Origin: Candidatus Omnitrophota bacterium | Lineage (GTDB): Bacteria; Omnitrophota; Gorgyraeia; Zapsychrales; Zapsychraceae | Length of the DNA: 64,000 nucleotides | NCBI GenBank assembly: GCA_050250375.1 | Contig: JBFWOS010000003.1 | Span: 273,284 to 337,283 of the forward strand | Reading direction: 5' to 3' | Part shown: positions 26,567-38,700 of the stretch, piece after piece | Layout of the letters: the number at the start of each line of letters is the position of its first letter | How positions within the stretch are numbered: position 1 is the stretch's first letter | Program-made: the position numbers and the translations under genes | The notes under the pieces: model-generated | The model's database searches: none | The model's input: the letters and a program-made list of their open reading frames with translations, nothing else | Told to the model about the DNA's origin: nothing

Positions 26567-29248
26567 ATGACTCCAGATAATGTTAATCACAACACCTCTG
26601 AAATTGAAGGTATCGAAATACAGGAATGGCTGAGTTCGCTTGATTATGTCCTTAAACACGGATCGTTAGACCAGGCCCAGAAAATTCTTCATCAACTGCA
26701 GATCCGTGCCCAGGAATCCGGGGTGACGCTCCCCTTTACGGTCAATACACCTTATGTCAATACCATCCACTTCTCGACACAACCGGCCATGCCCGGAAGC
26801 CGGGAGATTGAACGCCGGATTAAAAGCATCGTCCGCTGGAACGCGATGGCCATGGTCGTCCGCGGAAACCGCGCGGAAGCCGGTATCGGCGGTCATATTT
26901 CTACATTTGCCTCTTCGGCCACATTGGCGGAGGTCGGATTTAACCATTTCTTCAGAGCACGCACCGAGAATTTCTGCGGAGACTTTGTTTATTTTCAGGG
27001 GCACGCTTCCCCCGGGGTTTATTCCCGTGCGTTTATAGAAGGCCGCCTTTCCGAAGAAAACCTCAACAATTTCCGGCGTGAACTGCAGCCGGTCAGCGGA
27101 CTTTCCAGTTACCCGCATCCCTGGCTGATGCCGAATTTCTGGCAATTCCCGACAGTCTCCATGGGACTCGGACCGATCTGCGGGATTTACCAGGCCCGAT
27201 TCATGCGTTACCTTGAAGACCGGGGATTAAAACCGAAAGATGATGCCAAAGTTTGGGTCTTTATTGGTGACGGCGAATGCGACGAACCTGAATCTCTTGG
27301 AGCTATTACCGTAGCTTCCCGTGAAAAACTGGACAATCTGGTGTTTGTCATCAACTGCAACCTTCAGCGTCTGGATGGTCCGGTCCGTGGAAACGGTAAG
27401 ATTATTCAAGAACTGGAAGCGATCTTCCGCGGCGCACAGTGGAACGTAATTAAAGTTATCTGGGGCAGTGATTGGGACAAGATATTGGAAGATGACACCG
27501 AAGGTTTGCTGGCCAAACGGATGGGTGAATGTGTCGACGGCCAGTTTCAAAAATATTCGGTCGAGTCAGGAGATTTTATCCGTAAAGATTTCTTCGGGGC
27601 CGACCCCAAACTGGCCAAACTGGTGGAACATTTGTCCGATGAACAGATCGAAAACCTCAAACGCGGCGGTCATGACCCGGTCAAAGTCTACGCTGCTTAC
27701 AAGGCGGCCTCGGAATTCAAAGGGGCCCCGACCGTTATCCTGGCGAAAACGATCAAAGGTTACGGCCTTGGCGAAAGCGGTGAAGGAAAAAATATCAGCC
27801 ATCAACAGAAAAAAATGAACGAAGACGAATTAAAACAATTCCGGACACGGTTCAGTATTCCCATTTCCGATGAAGATGTGGCTGAAGCCCCCTTTTATAA
27901 ACCGGAAGCCGACTCAGAAGAAATGAAATACATGCATGAACGCCGTAAGGCCTTAGGCGGTTACATGCCGGCCCGCCGCGAAACAAGCGCACCGCTAAAG
28001 ACACCTTCCGATGAGCTGTTCCAGGAATTTTATCAGGGAACCGATGGCCGTGAAGTCTCAACGACCATGGCTTATGTCCGTATCCTGACCAAATTGCTTA
28101 AAGACAATGACATTGGAAAATTGATCGTACCAATCATTCCCGACGAAGCACGAACATTCGGGATGGAAGCCCTTTTCCGACAATGCGGAATCTATTCGCA
28201 TGTCGGGCAACTCTATGAACCGGTTGATGCCGACAGCCTTCTCTATTATAAAGAAGCCAAAGACGGACAGATCCTCGAAGAAGGTATTAATGAAGCCGGT
28301 GCCATCTCTTCTTTTATCGCGGCAGGAACCGCCTATTCTACCCAAGGGATCAACACAATACCCTTCTATATTTATTATTCCATGTTCGGACCCCAGCGGA
28401 TCGGTGATTTGATCTGGCTGGCCGCTGACTCACGCTGCCGCGGGTTTCTTATCGGCGGGACATCCGGACGGACAACTTTAAACGGGGAAGGGTTGCAGCA
28501 CCAGGATGGTCACAGCCACCTCCTGCTCTCATCCGTTCCCAATTGCGTCACCTATGATCCTTCCTTCGCTTATGAAATTGCTATTATCATCCGTGAAGGA
28601 ATTCACCGCATGTATGAAAAACAGGAAAGCGTCTTTTATTATTTGAGTGTCGGCAATGAAAATTATGCTATGCCCGCCATGCCGGAAGGTTCAAAAGAAG
28701 GCATCCTCAAAGGAATGTATAAGTTCAAGGAGTCAACTAAATCCGGAGCTTCACTGAAAGCGCAATTATTCGGAAGCGGGTCTATCACCAATCAGGTACT
28801 GTCCGCCCAGAGAATCCTGGAAGAAAAATATAATGTCGCTACCGATGTTTGGAGCGTAACCAGCTACAACGAGCTTCGCCGTGACGGGTTGCACGCCGAA
28901 CGGCATAACATGTTAAACCCCATGGAAACACCCAGGACTCCGTACGTCACCGAAGTTCTCAAAAATGAAGGCGATGTCTTTGTCTTTGCCTCGGACAACA
29001 TGAAGGTCATGTCCGACGGGATCGGCAAATGGGTGCCGGGACCGTACATCTCTCTTGGAACAGATGGTTTCGGACGAAGCGAATCACGCCAGGCCTTACG
29101 GAATTTCTTTGAGGTTGATGACCGTCATATTGTATATGCGACTCTTGGAATGCTTTTTAAACAGGGGAAAATTTATGAAAACATCCTCAAACAAGCCGCC
29201 AAAGATTTAAAGATCAACCCGGAAAAACTTAATCCAATGATCAGCTAG
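26567..29248 (+). CDS. aceE: pyruvate dehydrogenase E1 component (homodimeric AceE type)
   Basis: 893 aa, co-linear with E. coli AceE (..SREIERRIKSIVRWNAMAMVVRGN..GGHISTFASSATL.. ThDP-binding region). Followed by the E2 and E3 genes. Confidence 0.9.
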   Translation: MTPDNVNHNTSEIEGIEIQEWLSSLDYVLKHGSLDQAQKILHQLQIRAQESGVTLPFTVNTPYVNTIHFSTQPAMPGSREIERRIKSIVRWNAMAMVVRGNRAEAGIGGHISTFASSATLAEVGFNHFFRARTENFCGDFVYFQGHASPGVYSRAFIEGRLSEENLNNFRRELQPVSGLSSYPHPWLMPNFWQFPTVSMGLGPICGIYQARFMRYLEDRGLKPKDDAKVWVFIGDGECDEPESLGAITVASREKLDNLVFVINCNLQRLDGPVRGNGKIIQELEAIFRGAQWNVIKVIWGSDWDKILEDDTEGLLAKRMGECVDGQFQKYSVESGDFIRKDFFGADPKLAKLVEHLSDEQIENLKRGGHDPVKVYAAYKAASEFKGAPTVILAKTIKGYGLGESGEGKNISHQQKKMNEDELKQFRTRFSIPISDEDVAEAPFYKPEADSEEMKYMHERRKALGGYMPARRETSAPLKTPSDELFQEFYQGTDGREVSTTMAYVRILTKLLKDNDIGKLIVPIIPDEARTFGMEALFRQCGIYSHVGQLYEPVDADSLLYYKEAKDGQILEEGINEAGAISSFIAAGTAYSTQGINTIPFYIYYSMFGPQRIGDLIWLAADSRCRGFLIGGTSGRTTLNGEGLQHQDGHSHLLLSSVPNCVTYDPSFAYEIAIIIREGIHRMYEKQESVFYYLSVGNENYAMPAMPEGSKEGILKGMYKFKESTKSGASLKAQLFGSGSITNQVLSAQRILEEKYNVATDVWSVTSYNELRRDGLHAERHNMLNPMETPRTPYVTEVLKNEGDVFVFASDNMKVMSDGIGKWVPGPYISLGTDGFGRSESRQALRNFFEVDDRHIVYATLGMLFKQGKIYENILKQAAKDLKINPEKLNPMIS

Positions 29249-29266
29249 AAATTAGGAAACTCGACC

Positions 29267-29500
29267 ATGTTAGAATTCAAACTGCCAGAAGTGGGCGAAA
29301 ATATATCTTCGGGAAATGTCGTATCCATTTTCGTTTCCGTTGGTGACACCGTAAAAAAAGACCAGGATCTCCTGGAACTGGAAACGGACAAGGCTTCTTT
29401 GCCGGTCCCCTCGCCTGTGAACGGGGTCATAAAAGAAATCCTGATCGAAACCGGCCAGGATGTTGAAATCGGCCAAGTGGTGATGCGCATTGAAGAAGGC
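29267..29500. repeat. lipoyl-domain coding repeat, copy 1 (E2 N-terminus); copy 2 at 30550-30783 (E3 N-terminus)
   Basis: The two ~78-aa lipoyl domains are ~54/78 identical by eye (..LPEVGENI.SG.VV.IFV.VGD.V.K.DL.ELETDKASLPVPSP..GVIKEILI..G.DVEIG.V.M). Confidence 0.7.
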
Positions 29501-30532
29501 ACTAAATCCTCACAAAAAACCGCTTCTTCAGATAACACGCCGAAGGGCGAATCAAAACCCCAGCCGAAAGAACCGCCTAAAACGATCCAGCCTGCGGTTA
29601 AACCGGTTGCGGCAACGGCCGCACCAAAAGCAGTTATTCCGGCACAAAAAGAAATCGCGGCTGCGCCATCAGTCCGCCGTTTCTCCCGAGAAATCGGTAT
29701 TGATATTTCTAAAGTCCCCGGAACAGGCCCGGGCGGCAGAATTTCAGAAAAAGATGTTAAAGCGTACGCAAAACAATTAAATCAAGGCGGCGGAATAAGC
29801 AGCGGCATCGCCCATAAATCTCTGCCTGACTTTTCTAAATGGGGTGAAATTGAACGGTCCCCGATGAGCAAAATCCGTCAAGTCACAGCCGACCATCTTT
29901 CGTATTGCTGGCAGACGATCCCGCATGTCACCCAATTTGGTAAAGCGGACATCACAGAACTTGAGAAACTGCGCAAAAAATATTCAACCAATGACCGTAA
30001 ATTAACGGTCACACCGTTTCTGCTGAAAGTCATGGCTTCGGCCTTAAAAGTGTTTCCACAATTTAATTCCTCTGTGGACATGGCGACGCACCAGATCATA
30101 TACAAAAAATTTGTCAACATGGGTGTCGCGGTCGACACGGACAACGGACTGCTGGTGCCGGTTATCCGTGATATCGATAAAAAAACCATTCTCGAAATTA
30201 ATGATGAAGTCGTCCAAGTCGCCCAGAAAGCCCGTGACCGGAAAATCATGCCGGACGATCTTAAAGGCGGGTCAATGACATTGACGAACCTGGGCGGGAT
30301 CGGCGGAACCAGTTTTACTCCGATTGTCAATTGGCCTGAAGTGGCCATTCTAGGTGTTTCACGAGGAGGATGGGAACCTGTCTTTGAAAACAGCCAGTTC
30401 GTTCCCCGCTTCATGCTGCCGCTCTCTCTTTCCTATGATCATCGTGTCATTGACGGAGCTGATGGCGCGCGTTTTTTGAAATGGGTCTGTGACGCCATTG
30501 AACAGCCGTTTATGATGGAACTGTCTAAATAA
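29267..30532 (+). CDS. aceF: dihydrolipoamide acetyltransferase E2 (single lipoyl domain, PSBD, catalytic domain)
   Basis: 421 aa. Lipoyl motif LETDKASLPVPSP, Ala/Pro linker, PSBD (SVRRFSREIGIDISKV.GTGPGGRI), catalytic DHRVIDGA. Confidence 0.9.
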   Translation: MLEFKLPEVGENISSGNVVSIFVSVGDTVKKDQDLLELETDKASLPVPSPVNGVIKEILIETGQDVEIGQVVMRIEEGTKSSQKTASSDNTPKGESKPQPKEPPKTIQPAVKPVAATAAPKAVIPAQKEIAAAPSVRRFSREIGIDISKVPGTGPGGRISEKDVKAYAKQLNQGGGISSGIAHKSLPDFSKWGEIERSPMSKIRQVTADHLSYCWQTIPHVTQFGKADITELEKLRKKYSTNDRKLTVTPFLLKVMASALKVFPQFNSSVDMATHQIIYKKFVNMGVAVDTDNGLLVPVIRDIDKKTILEINDEVVQVAQKARDRKIMPDDLKGGSMTLTNLGGIGGTSFTPIVNWPEVAILGVSRGGWEPVFENSQFVPRFMLPLSLSYDHRVIDGADGARFLKWVCDAIEQPFMMELSK

Positions 30533-30549
30533 TATAAGGTGGGATTCCT

Positions 30550-32367
30550 ATGCAAGACATTCGATTACCCGAAGTCGGGGAGAATATCAAATCAGGCACA
30601 GTCGTCAACATATTTGTCAAAGTAGGCGACCGGGTTTCCAAGGGGGATGATCTGATCGAACTGGAAACAGATAAGGCCTCTTTGCCTGTCCCTTCTCCGG
30701 CCGATGGAGTCATTAAAGAAATCCTGATTAAAGCGGGAGCGGACGTTGAGATCGGATCTGTCATTATGAAAATGGAAGCGGCAGCTGGGCAGGCATCTCC
30801 ATCTCCTAAAGAAACTAAACCGGCGGCCGCAGTAAAAACGGAAACTGCCCCTCAACCCAAAATATCGTCATCCGCTGAAAAACCGCAATCACCGCAACCG
30901 TCCACTCCTGTCACCCGGCACTCTTTAAGTTCTCTGCCGTCGAAAGAAGAAGCTGGCAAAGATACCCAGTTGGTTGTTATCGGCGGCGGACCCGGCGGTT
31001 ACGCAGCCGCTTTCCTGGCCGCTGACCTGGGAATGGACGTTACGATCGTCGATCCTGAAAAAAACCCGGGCGGTGTATGTTTGTACCGCGGATGTATCCC
31101 CTCAAAGGCGTTACTCCATGCGGCGAAAGTTATTTCCGAAGCACGGGAAGCCAAACATTTCGGGCTTGATTTCGGCCAGCCCAAGATTGATCTCGATAAA
31201 TTACGCAATTGGAAAAATGATGTCGTGGCCAAACTGACCGGCGGGACCGGACAACTGGCCAAACAGCGTAAGATCAATATGATCCAAGGTACGGCCACTT
31301 TTGTTGATTCCAACACGATTAAAATCGAAAAAGTCGGCGGTGGAAATCAAACACTGACGTTTATCAAAGCTATTTTGGCGACCGGTTCGCGGCCGATTGA
31401 ACTCCCGTTTGCTCCGAAATCAAAACGTGTCCTGAACTCAACGACTGCCCTCGATATTGAAAATATTCCTAAAACCATGCTACTCATCGGCGGTGGATAT
31501 ATCGGACTGGAACTGGGTCAGGTATATGCCGAATTGGGTACAAAGGTCTCTGTTGTGGAACTGCTCCCTCAAATCATGACCGGGTCCGACCGCGATCTCT
31601 CCAGCATCCTCGAAAAACGGTTAAAAACCATCATGGATAAAATCATGGTTTCGACCAAGGTCAAAAGTCTGGAAGAAACAGCCGCTGGAATCAATGTCAC
31701 CTTTGAAGATACGGATGGAAAGACATTCAAAGAAACCTATGAAAAAGTACTGGTTGCCATCGGGCGAAAACCGAACACAGATAATATCGGCCTCGAAAAG
31801 ACATCTGTCACCATCAATAACCGCGGGTTTGTGGAGGTTAACGCGCAACTTCAAACACACGATCCTTCCATCTACGCGATTGGCGATATCGTCGGAAACC
31901 CTATGCTCGCCCATAAAGCTTCGCATGAAGGCCGGACAGCGGCCGAACACATTGCCGGACACAAAGTCGCTTTCGAGCCCAACGCAATCCCGGCGGTTGT
32001 CTTTACCGACCCGGAAATGGCCTGGGCCGGTTTGACTGAAACCGAAGCCAAAGCGCAGGGACGCAATTACGCTGTCGCTAAATTTCCATGGGGCGCATCC
32101 GGACGTGCCATCACACTTGACCGTGTCGACGGTTTAACTAAATTGCTGATTGATCCCGAAACGGAACGGATTCTGGGCATATCCATTGTCGGACCGAACG
32201 CGGGAGAAATGATCGCAGAAGGAGTCCTGGCCATTGAAATGGGCGCGGTCGTAACCGATCTTAAACTCAGCATACACGCCCACCCCACTCTAACCGAAAC
32301 CGTAATGGAGGCCGCCGAGAGTTTCTTCGGACAAGCCACGCATATTTACAAACCAATCAAAAAATAA
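30550..32367 (+). CDS. lpdA: dihydrolipoamide dehydrogenase E3 with N-terminal lipoyl domain
   Basis: 605 aa. N-terminal lipoyl domain plus linker, then FAD-binding VVIGGGPGGY, redox-active GGVCLYRGCIPSK, NAD-binding LLIGGGYIGLE, C-terminal HAHPTLTE. Confidence 0.9.
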   Translation: MQDIRLPEVGENIKSGTVVNIFVKVGDRVSKGDDLIELETDKASLPVPSPADGVIKEILIKAGADVEIGSVIMKMEAAAGQASPSPKETKPAAAVKTETAPQPKISSSAEKPQSPQPSTPVTRHSLSSLPSKEEAGKDTQLVVIGGGPGGYAAAFLAADLGMDVTIVDPEKNPGGVCLYRGCIPSKALLHAAKVISEAREAKHFGLDFGQPKIDLDKLRNWKNDVVAKLTGGTGQLAKQRKINMIQGTATFVDSNTIKIEKVGGGNQTLTFIKAILATGSRPIELPFAPKSKRVLNSTTALDIENIPKTMLLIGGGYIGLELGQVYAELGTKVSVVELLPQIMTGSDRDLSSILEKRLKTIMDKIMVSTKVKSLEETAAGINVTFEDTDGKTFKETYEKVLVAIGRKPNTDNIGLEKTSVTINNRGFVEVNAQLQTHDPSIYAIGDIVGNPMLAHKASHEGRTAAEHIAGHKVAFEPNAIPAVVFTDPEMAWAGLTETEAKAQGRNYAVAKFPWGASGRAITLDRVDGLTKLLIDPETERILGISIVGPNAGEMIAEGVLAIEMGAVVTDLKLSIHAHPTLTETVMEAAESFFGQATHIYKPIKK

Positions 32368-32388
32368 AGAATGGCCTAAGACCCTCCG

Positions 32389-32790
32389 TCAGCGTCTGGA
32401 CGGATCGAATGAATTTCTGGTCTGTTCATCAAAAATCATGTAATAAAGGCTAATTCCGTGGAGGATCGTACCGATGGGAAATCCGATAAGAAAAACAGCC
32501 GAAACCATCATTTGAAAAATCCGGGCGGATTCTTTCAAGGCCGACAAACCTTTATTTATAAAATATAACAAAACGATCGGGACAGCGCCGACAGCCAGAA
32601 TCAAAAAAATCATTCCGGTGATATCCAGCCAGGTGATTTCTCCGGCGGCAGACAACCGTCCTTCCTCAATCAGATCCGGCAGGATCATCCCCAAAGCCAG
32701 TACAATCACAATGACAGCCACGCCCATCTGTAAACGATTAATAACGATGGAATACTTAACACCAAAAGGTAATCGGGGATCTAACGTCAT
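32389..32790 (-). CDS. small multi-pass membrane protein, translationally coupled to the giant ORF
   Basis: 133 aa, 3-4 hydrophobic helices. Its ATG overlaps the giant ORF's stop (ATGA, 4-nt overlap). Confidence 0.5.
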   Translation of the reverse strand: MTLDPRLPFGVKYSIVINRLQMGVAVIVIVLALGMILPDLIEEGRLSAAGEITWLDITGMIFLILAVGAVPIVLLYFINKGLSALKESARIFQMMVSAVFLIGFPIGTILHGISLYYMIFDEQTRNSFDPSRR

Positions 32791-35700
32791 TTCTTAACCA
32801 TTAAATCCTTATCCGTCTCTGAATAACCCATAAGGAACAACCCGGGGTTGATCATCGGTGTAAACTGGATGATATTGAATTCCATTCCCTGAAAATTAAT
32901 CAGTGGTACGGCCGGGACCGTGAGCGGCGATGTGTCTATTGTGTTACTCTGTATCGTCATGACTTTGCTTTCAGTATTCCTTAAATCAATCCCACCTTTT
33001 TTAGCGGAGGACTGTTGCAGATCTTCGGCTGTTTCTTTCTCAAAATCAGAATAACGCAGTACCCCGTCTGAATTTGTATTGGCCAGAACAGCCATGTCGC
33101 CAAAAACATACCCGAATTTCTCCTGGGTCAAAAGATCTGTTTCCATGGTCAATTCTTCAATCAACTCTTTCCCAAAATGGGCCAGATGCGGTTGTTGTTC
33201 ATCGATTAATTTTTCCAAGGCCCCCAGGTTTTTGACCGGGATAATGAACCGCCAGTCAAGGATACTATCATTGTGTTGGTCGACTTCAAAATCATGGGCC
33301 CCCAATTGTTCAAGTCTCTTGCGGTCGCCTTCATTCAACTCGAGTCCTCCGCCGATGGTATTATACTGGACCGGTTTTCCTGTTTTAACAGGGCCGTGCC
33401 GCATCAGGAGCAGCTTTCCATCAACCATGAATCTAACCCGGCTTTTAACCGTCACGCGGACCTCACCAAATCTTTCCAGCGCATCGCCTCGGTCGTCATA
33501 AACCGTTTTGTGGGGTACCGCAGAAAACAAACGATAACGTTCGGCCATACCCAGCTGGTCAAATTGTTTGAGGACCGGCGGGACATTGCGTGTGATGACG
33601 GCTTCTACAGGTTCGCCTCCGATGGTCGTTTCAAAACGCCCGTTCAAGATTTCTTCATCCGTAGCCAGAATGAACTTCCCGTCGCTACCGCTGGCAGCTT
33701 CACGAAAAATGTCCTCCCCTTCGGGGCTCAATTGCGCGTCATAAACCTTCATGTACGTCACGGAAGGTTTTTTATTGCTCTCGGAATAAAACTGACGCTG
33801 ACCTTCGTAAGATATCGTAACGTGAGGCCCCGTATAAATCGTCTGGCTCAACGGATTAATAAGCCGGTTCGACTTAACGCTGACCTTATCATGAAATTGT
33901 GTTTTCTTGAGAGTTTCATCTTCCATCGCTTTTGTCATCCGCTCGCGTCTTATTTTCCTTAAGGCAAATTTCACTTCAAGGCTCAAGAATATGACGGGAA
34001 TTGTAGCCGGAAAGAGCAACCCTGATAATAAAATTGGGATGCTGAACATCTTCCGGTTTTTGGTCAGATAATTTTTCATTTTTTCGTCAAGTTTGTTTCG
34101 TTCCTCTTCACTTATGTTTTTGTCATTTCTGAAGCGTTCAATGATATTTTCAAAGAAACTGAACTCTTCATCCGGTTCCATATAGGCTAAGTAAGGAAGA
34201 ATTCTTGAAATCACGATGAAATAAACAATCGACAATGAGGCCAAAGACAGGCCGAATACTTCGGGGGTGGTAAATACTTCCGTTATCGTAATATCAGGGA
34301 AACTGGGGAGCCCTAGTTTTTCAAGCACTAAATCTAGAGTTGGGACTATGACAAAGACAGAACTGATGAAAAACAATACTGTATAAATAAATTTCATCGC
34401 CATGCTGAAATTTCTCTGATGCAGGTCGCTGCCGGTGGCAAGGCTGTGCTGAGGCAGGTATTGATAAGAACTATCAATGCTGTCATGTTCATCTCTTAGA
34501 TTTTTTAATTTACGTTCATATAAAGCCGCCCGGAAAATCGGCGGCTGGGAAGAACTGATGATTTTGGCCTGTGCGATCTCCAGGTCTTTAAGCGTATCAG
34601 ACATTTCATCGATGGTAACGAGCACGTCATTGCTGGACCACTCATACAGCGATGTGACCCCGAAGAAATCTCTTAATTTGGCCGCAAGAGTAATCCCGAA
34701 CGGTTTCCATAAAAATCTGCTTTTCGCCTCCTGAAATTGACTTTTCAAGACATAGAGTCCGGTAAAACTGGCCATCAGCAGTCTTACTTGATTAGCGTAT
34801 TGGGCCAGCGTCAGAAAATATTCCTGATATTTCAACAGGTCCGGACTGTTCGCCCGGGTCAGAACCATGTAGCTGTCCAAGGCATATTCCCGGATTTCAT
34901 TATAGTATCCGGCATTCTTCTTAAAATCTCCGATCTTAAGATCCGAGGAATCCATAAACTGCTGGATCCGGGTTACCAGGCGGTTTAGCGGTTCAAGATC
35001 AAGACGCTCGGGATTTTCCTTAAACTGGTCCCATTCGTTCATCAAATCAATGAATCCGTCTTTGCTTACCGCGATTTCAACCGTTTTCTGATCCTGCCCT
35101 TGCGGCTGGAACCCTATCCCCAGGGCTTCAACACCGGCAGGGACATCCTGTACGTTTATGCGGATACCCGTTGGATGATGGTCGACGGAAACCCTGTCCG
35201 GCTCGACTTCTACCCGCCGGCCCTCTTCAATCAAATATAATTTCAACCGAGGATCATCCCCCCCGGCCGCAGTCCCTTGACTATTATTCACAAAAGCCGT
35301 TTGAATATTCTGAAGCATACTCCTTTTATTCCTGAAGAAACTTTCAGCGAATATACGCAATTCGACATGCCCGTTGACCCGGACCGTTTTAACATCATAA
35401 AAACGCGATGATTTCAGACGAAATAACGGCGTCCACCCCTTGGATTTTGGCATGAAATGTCGAGAAAAATAATTCAAAAACTCCCCCTTAACGGAAATTT
35501 TCGATGACTCTGCTTTAATCCCGTTAATATCCGCCCGTGGATCCATGGACTTTAACTTATTCAGTTTCTTTTGATATTCCCTTTCGGTCGCAAAAATAAA
35601 ACTGTTCGGGACAATAAGCCGGGTCAACCCGAAGCTTCCGACTGCCAGCAAAAATGGAATAAATAAATTAATCAAGAACCCCAGATTCCAGAGCACCAGA

Positions 35701-38700
35701 AGGACCGAAACGACATAGGCCCTCCTCCTCCAGATGTCATGGCCGGTAATGCTGTCCGGAAAAGGTTTTTCAAGCCCATCGGTGAACGTATAAAATTCCC
35801 GCTGTAAATTTTCCAATGAGTAAGACTTCCCCGCGACATAATTTTCTTCTCCAAGGATTTCCTCCTCCAACCGGTCCAGACTTCGACGGGAATTGTAATA
35901 ATCAGTAATCGCCGTTAAGGCCTTTCGTTTGGCCCGGCCGAAGGCCAGCTCCGACAGGGAAATCATCCTCGACCACTTGTCCAACGGATAATGGAACAAT
36001 CGGAAACTCAGGTCGTCGCGTGTGGGGAGAAATAAACTCTGATTGGTGTCCAGGGTCGCATTGTGTCCTTTTAACCGCGCAATGACGGTATACTGTAAGG
36101 CGGTTTCCCGAAAGTATTGTTTGAATATTTCTGAAACGTTGTTTTCTTTCTTCATCCTTTCCAACATACCGATGGACAACTCCTGAAGATAAAAATTTGT
36201 TTCAACCGATTTTCCCCTGACGTCTTTAAAAACAACCGGATTCTCCTCACGAAAACGCCTCATCTTTAAAACCCATTCCTCCAGACTCATGATCTCTTTC
36301 AGGCGTTTTGACTGGTCTTTGGCCAGTTCATGCGCGCGTTGGGCCCGTCTCAATTCGCCTTCCAGCATCGAAACCTTCAGGCTTTCCCGTTTTTCCTGAT
36401 CCAGCAGGGATTTACGTTCTTTTTTTAATTCATGCAGCCGTTTTTTGGTCAGGTCTTTTTGTTGTCTGGCTTTACTGCGGTCCAACTCCAATTCTTGTTG
36501 ATGTTCATATAGTTTGTCAGCCGCCAAGGTGGCCCGGAACTGATCCAGAAACTCCTGTAATCTTTCTTCGACAAGCGGTATTTCAAACGCGTCGAACTTT
36601 TCTCCTCTTATTCTGAAACTGACGGACAGGGGATCTCCAGATTTAAACCGGACTCCTTTTTTCCAATCTTTCCGGGAAAGAACCAAATGCAACTTTATGC
36701 TGGTTGTTTTGACTTCCACGTTTGATAGTTTAAGTTCGGTCGGTTTGCCGCGGTTCGCCAGAATTCGGATATCTTTGGATTTAAAAGCCGAAGCAACCGC
36801 ATCCGCCGTTTCCTGTTTGGAATGTTTCCGTCCATTGAGGGCATTCTTGGCTCTTAAAGTCACGATAACCTCCTCTCCCTTAAGCTCAGCAGATATCTGT
36901 TCAAACGCCGTCCTTTTCGACATCAACGCCTCTTTAAGAAAGAGCGTAAAATGATTTTTTTGCCCGCCTTTTAAATAGTCTGAAAATGTTCTGAGAAACG
37001 ATTCCTTGGATGTTTCTGAACGTTCTTTTCCTTTACGGTTCTGGAAAAACACAAATAAAAAAGAAACCATGGCCAGGACGGAAAACACAATCTCGAAGAA
37101 TCTTTGGAAAAAACCTTGTTTGGGTGTTTCCGGTGTCCGATCCGTCACTGGCTCTCTTTCATCCATGATTGGCGAAGTCCTTTCTTGGACCTCTGGCTCA
37201 ACGGATAGATCGTGTTCCGGAATAATTGGTGGTATGTCCGTACGGGGTAGTGGTTGCATCTGTCTTTCCCCTTCAGCCCGTTCCGGCGAGGCTCCACCTG
37301 AAAGATCGGGTAATGCCTGCAGCAACGGTAACGGCTGTCCGGTCAACCGTTGCTGGACCAATTCCGGTAAAATCCCACGGGCCATCTTAAATGTTTGATT
37401 GGTTAATATGAGATCCGGGTTATCAGGGTTGGGAACAATTGTATTGGTTAAGTAATCAACCGCGCCGCCCTCGACCCAGAACGGTTTGGAGAATTCAGAC
37501 TGCCTAAAATTCGCCCGGTCATGTTTCCGGTATGACCGCCGTATATCCTGCAGGATCTCCCCCATGGTGTCCCCCTGTTCAACCTGGATCACCAGGTTTC
37601 CCTGTTGATCGTTCGTATACGTTGCCGCGCTCGCTTGTGAGAGTAACGCCAGATTGCTTAAGGTCAAAAAAACCAGCATGCCGGTTAAGGCGATCGGTTT
37701 TTTAAAATGTGCAGGTAACCCTGAAAAAAGCTTAAACCGCCAGGGGAATTGATAATCGGAGGATGTTCCAGGTTCGGAATTTTCCTTGGACTGGTAGGAA
37801 CGGATCAGTTCACTCGCGCTGACACCAATCGGCTTGAGCTGAATTTTTGTTAATGTCAATTTTTTCTTAAGTTTGTCTAATAAATTGATAACACTGCCGC
37901 CGTACTGCGAAACGGAACGGAAACTCAGCCACTGGGAGGGATTTTTAAAACTGAACCCTCCGCTGAAATACTTGCGCGGGATCACCGACTGGTTTTCATC
38001 CAGGTCTTCTTTGACATAGTTATAAACACCCATTTTGAGGGCCTGGATGTATTGTTCATAGACCTCCTCTTTAATTTCAACGCGGCCGGAATCAATGCCT
38101 TTAATTTTATTCTGGTCTCCATAAAGTTCCGTAATGATATTCCGTTTTAAGTGGCTTTTATACCACAAGGCCAGAATGAGTGAATAATAGACCTGCCGCA
38201 ATGAGGCGAAATGCTCCCCTTCATTGACTTCCTTCTTTAATTCAGGGAGGATGATTTCTTTGATAATCTGGGCAGCAATCTGATTGGATTTGTCCTGATG
38301 TTCCGCATCGTCGGCCGGAACATCCGGTGATAGCCCTGTGCGGAATTCTTGCCGGTGTTCATTGTACCGTGACTGGGCCAGGTAATCTTCCTCAAGCATA
38401 ACATCCAGGCTTGTTTCACTGACAAAGGCCATATTGTCTTTTTCATAAACAACCGCCCTCTCGGGAACGATCCAGATCTTATTGAAATTGTGGATGGGAA
38501 TATCCGTTAAACCGTATCTATCTTCAATCTGTTTATACACACGGCTCCAGAACTCCTGTCCCAATTTTGTTTCCGGATAAGTCATTGACGCAGACAATTG
38601 TTTTAACAGATAATCCTGCAAAAGAAGTTCCCGTCCCAGCTCGGTCTTGACCAGTTGATCGGGAATAATCCGGGACGGCTCATAAGGCGATAAATTAACC

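Noticed and set aside
26666-27145. Minus-strand ORFs (159 aa and others, e.g. 27227-27550, 27566-27805, 28058-28345) inside aceE
   Set aside because: They lie antisense within a strongly supported, conserved E1 gene. Antisense open frames like these are expected artefacts of the high-GC codon positions of the real gene.
33273-33962. Plus-strand 229-aa ORF and several shorter plus-strand ORFs (34477-34988, 36308-37398) inside the giant gene
   Set aside because: They are antisense to a 6.25-kb uninterrupted ORF, and no independent support (RBS, motif) was seen.
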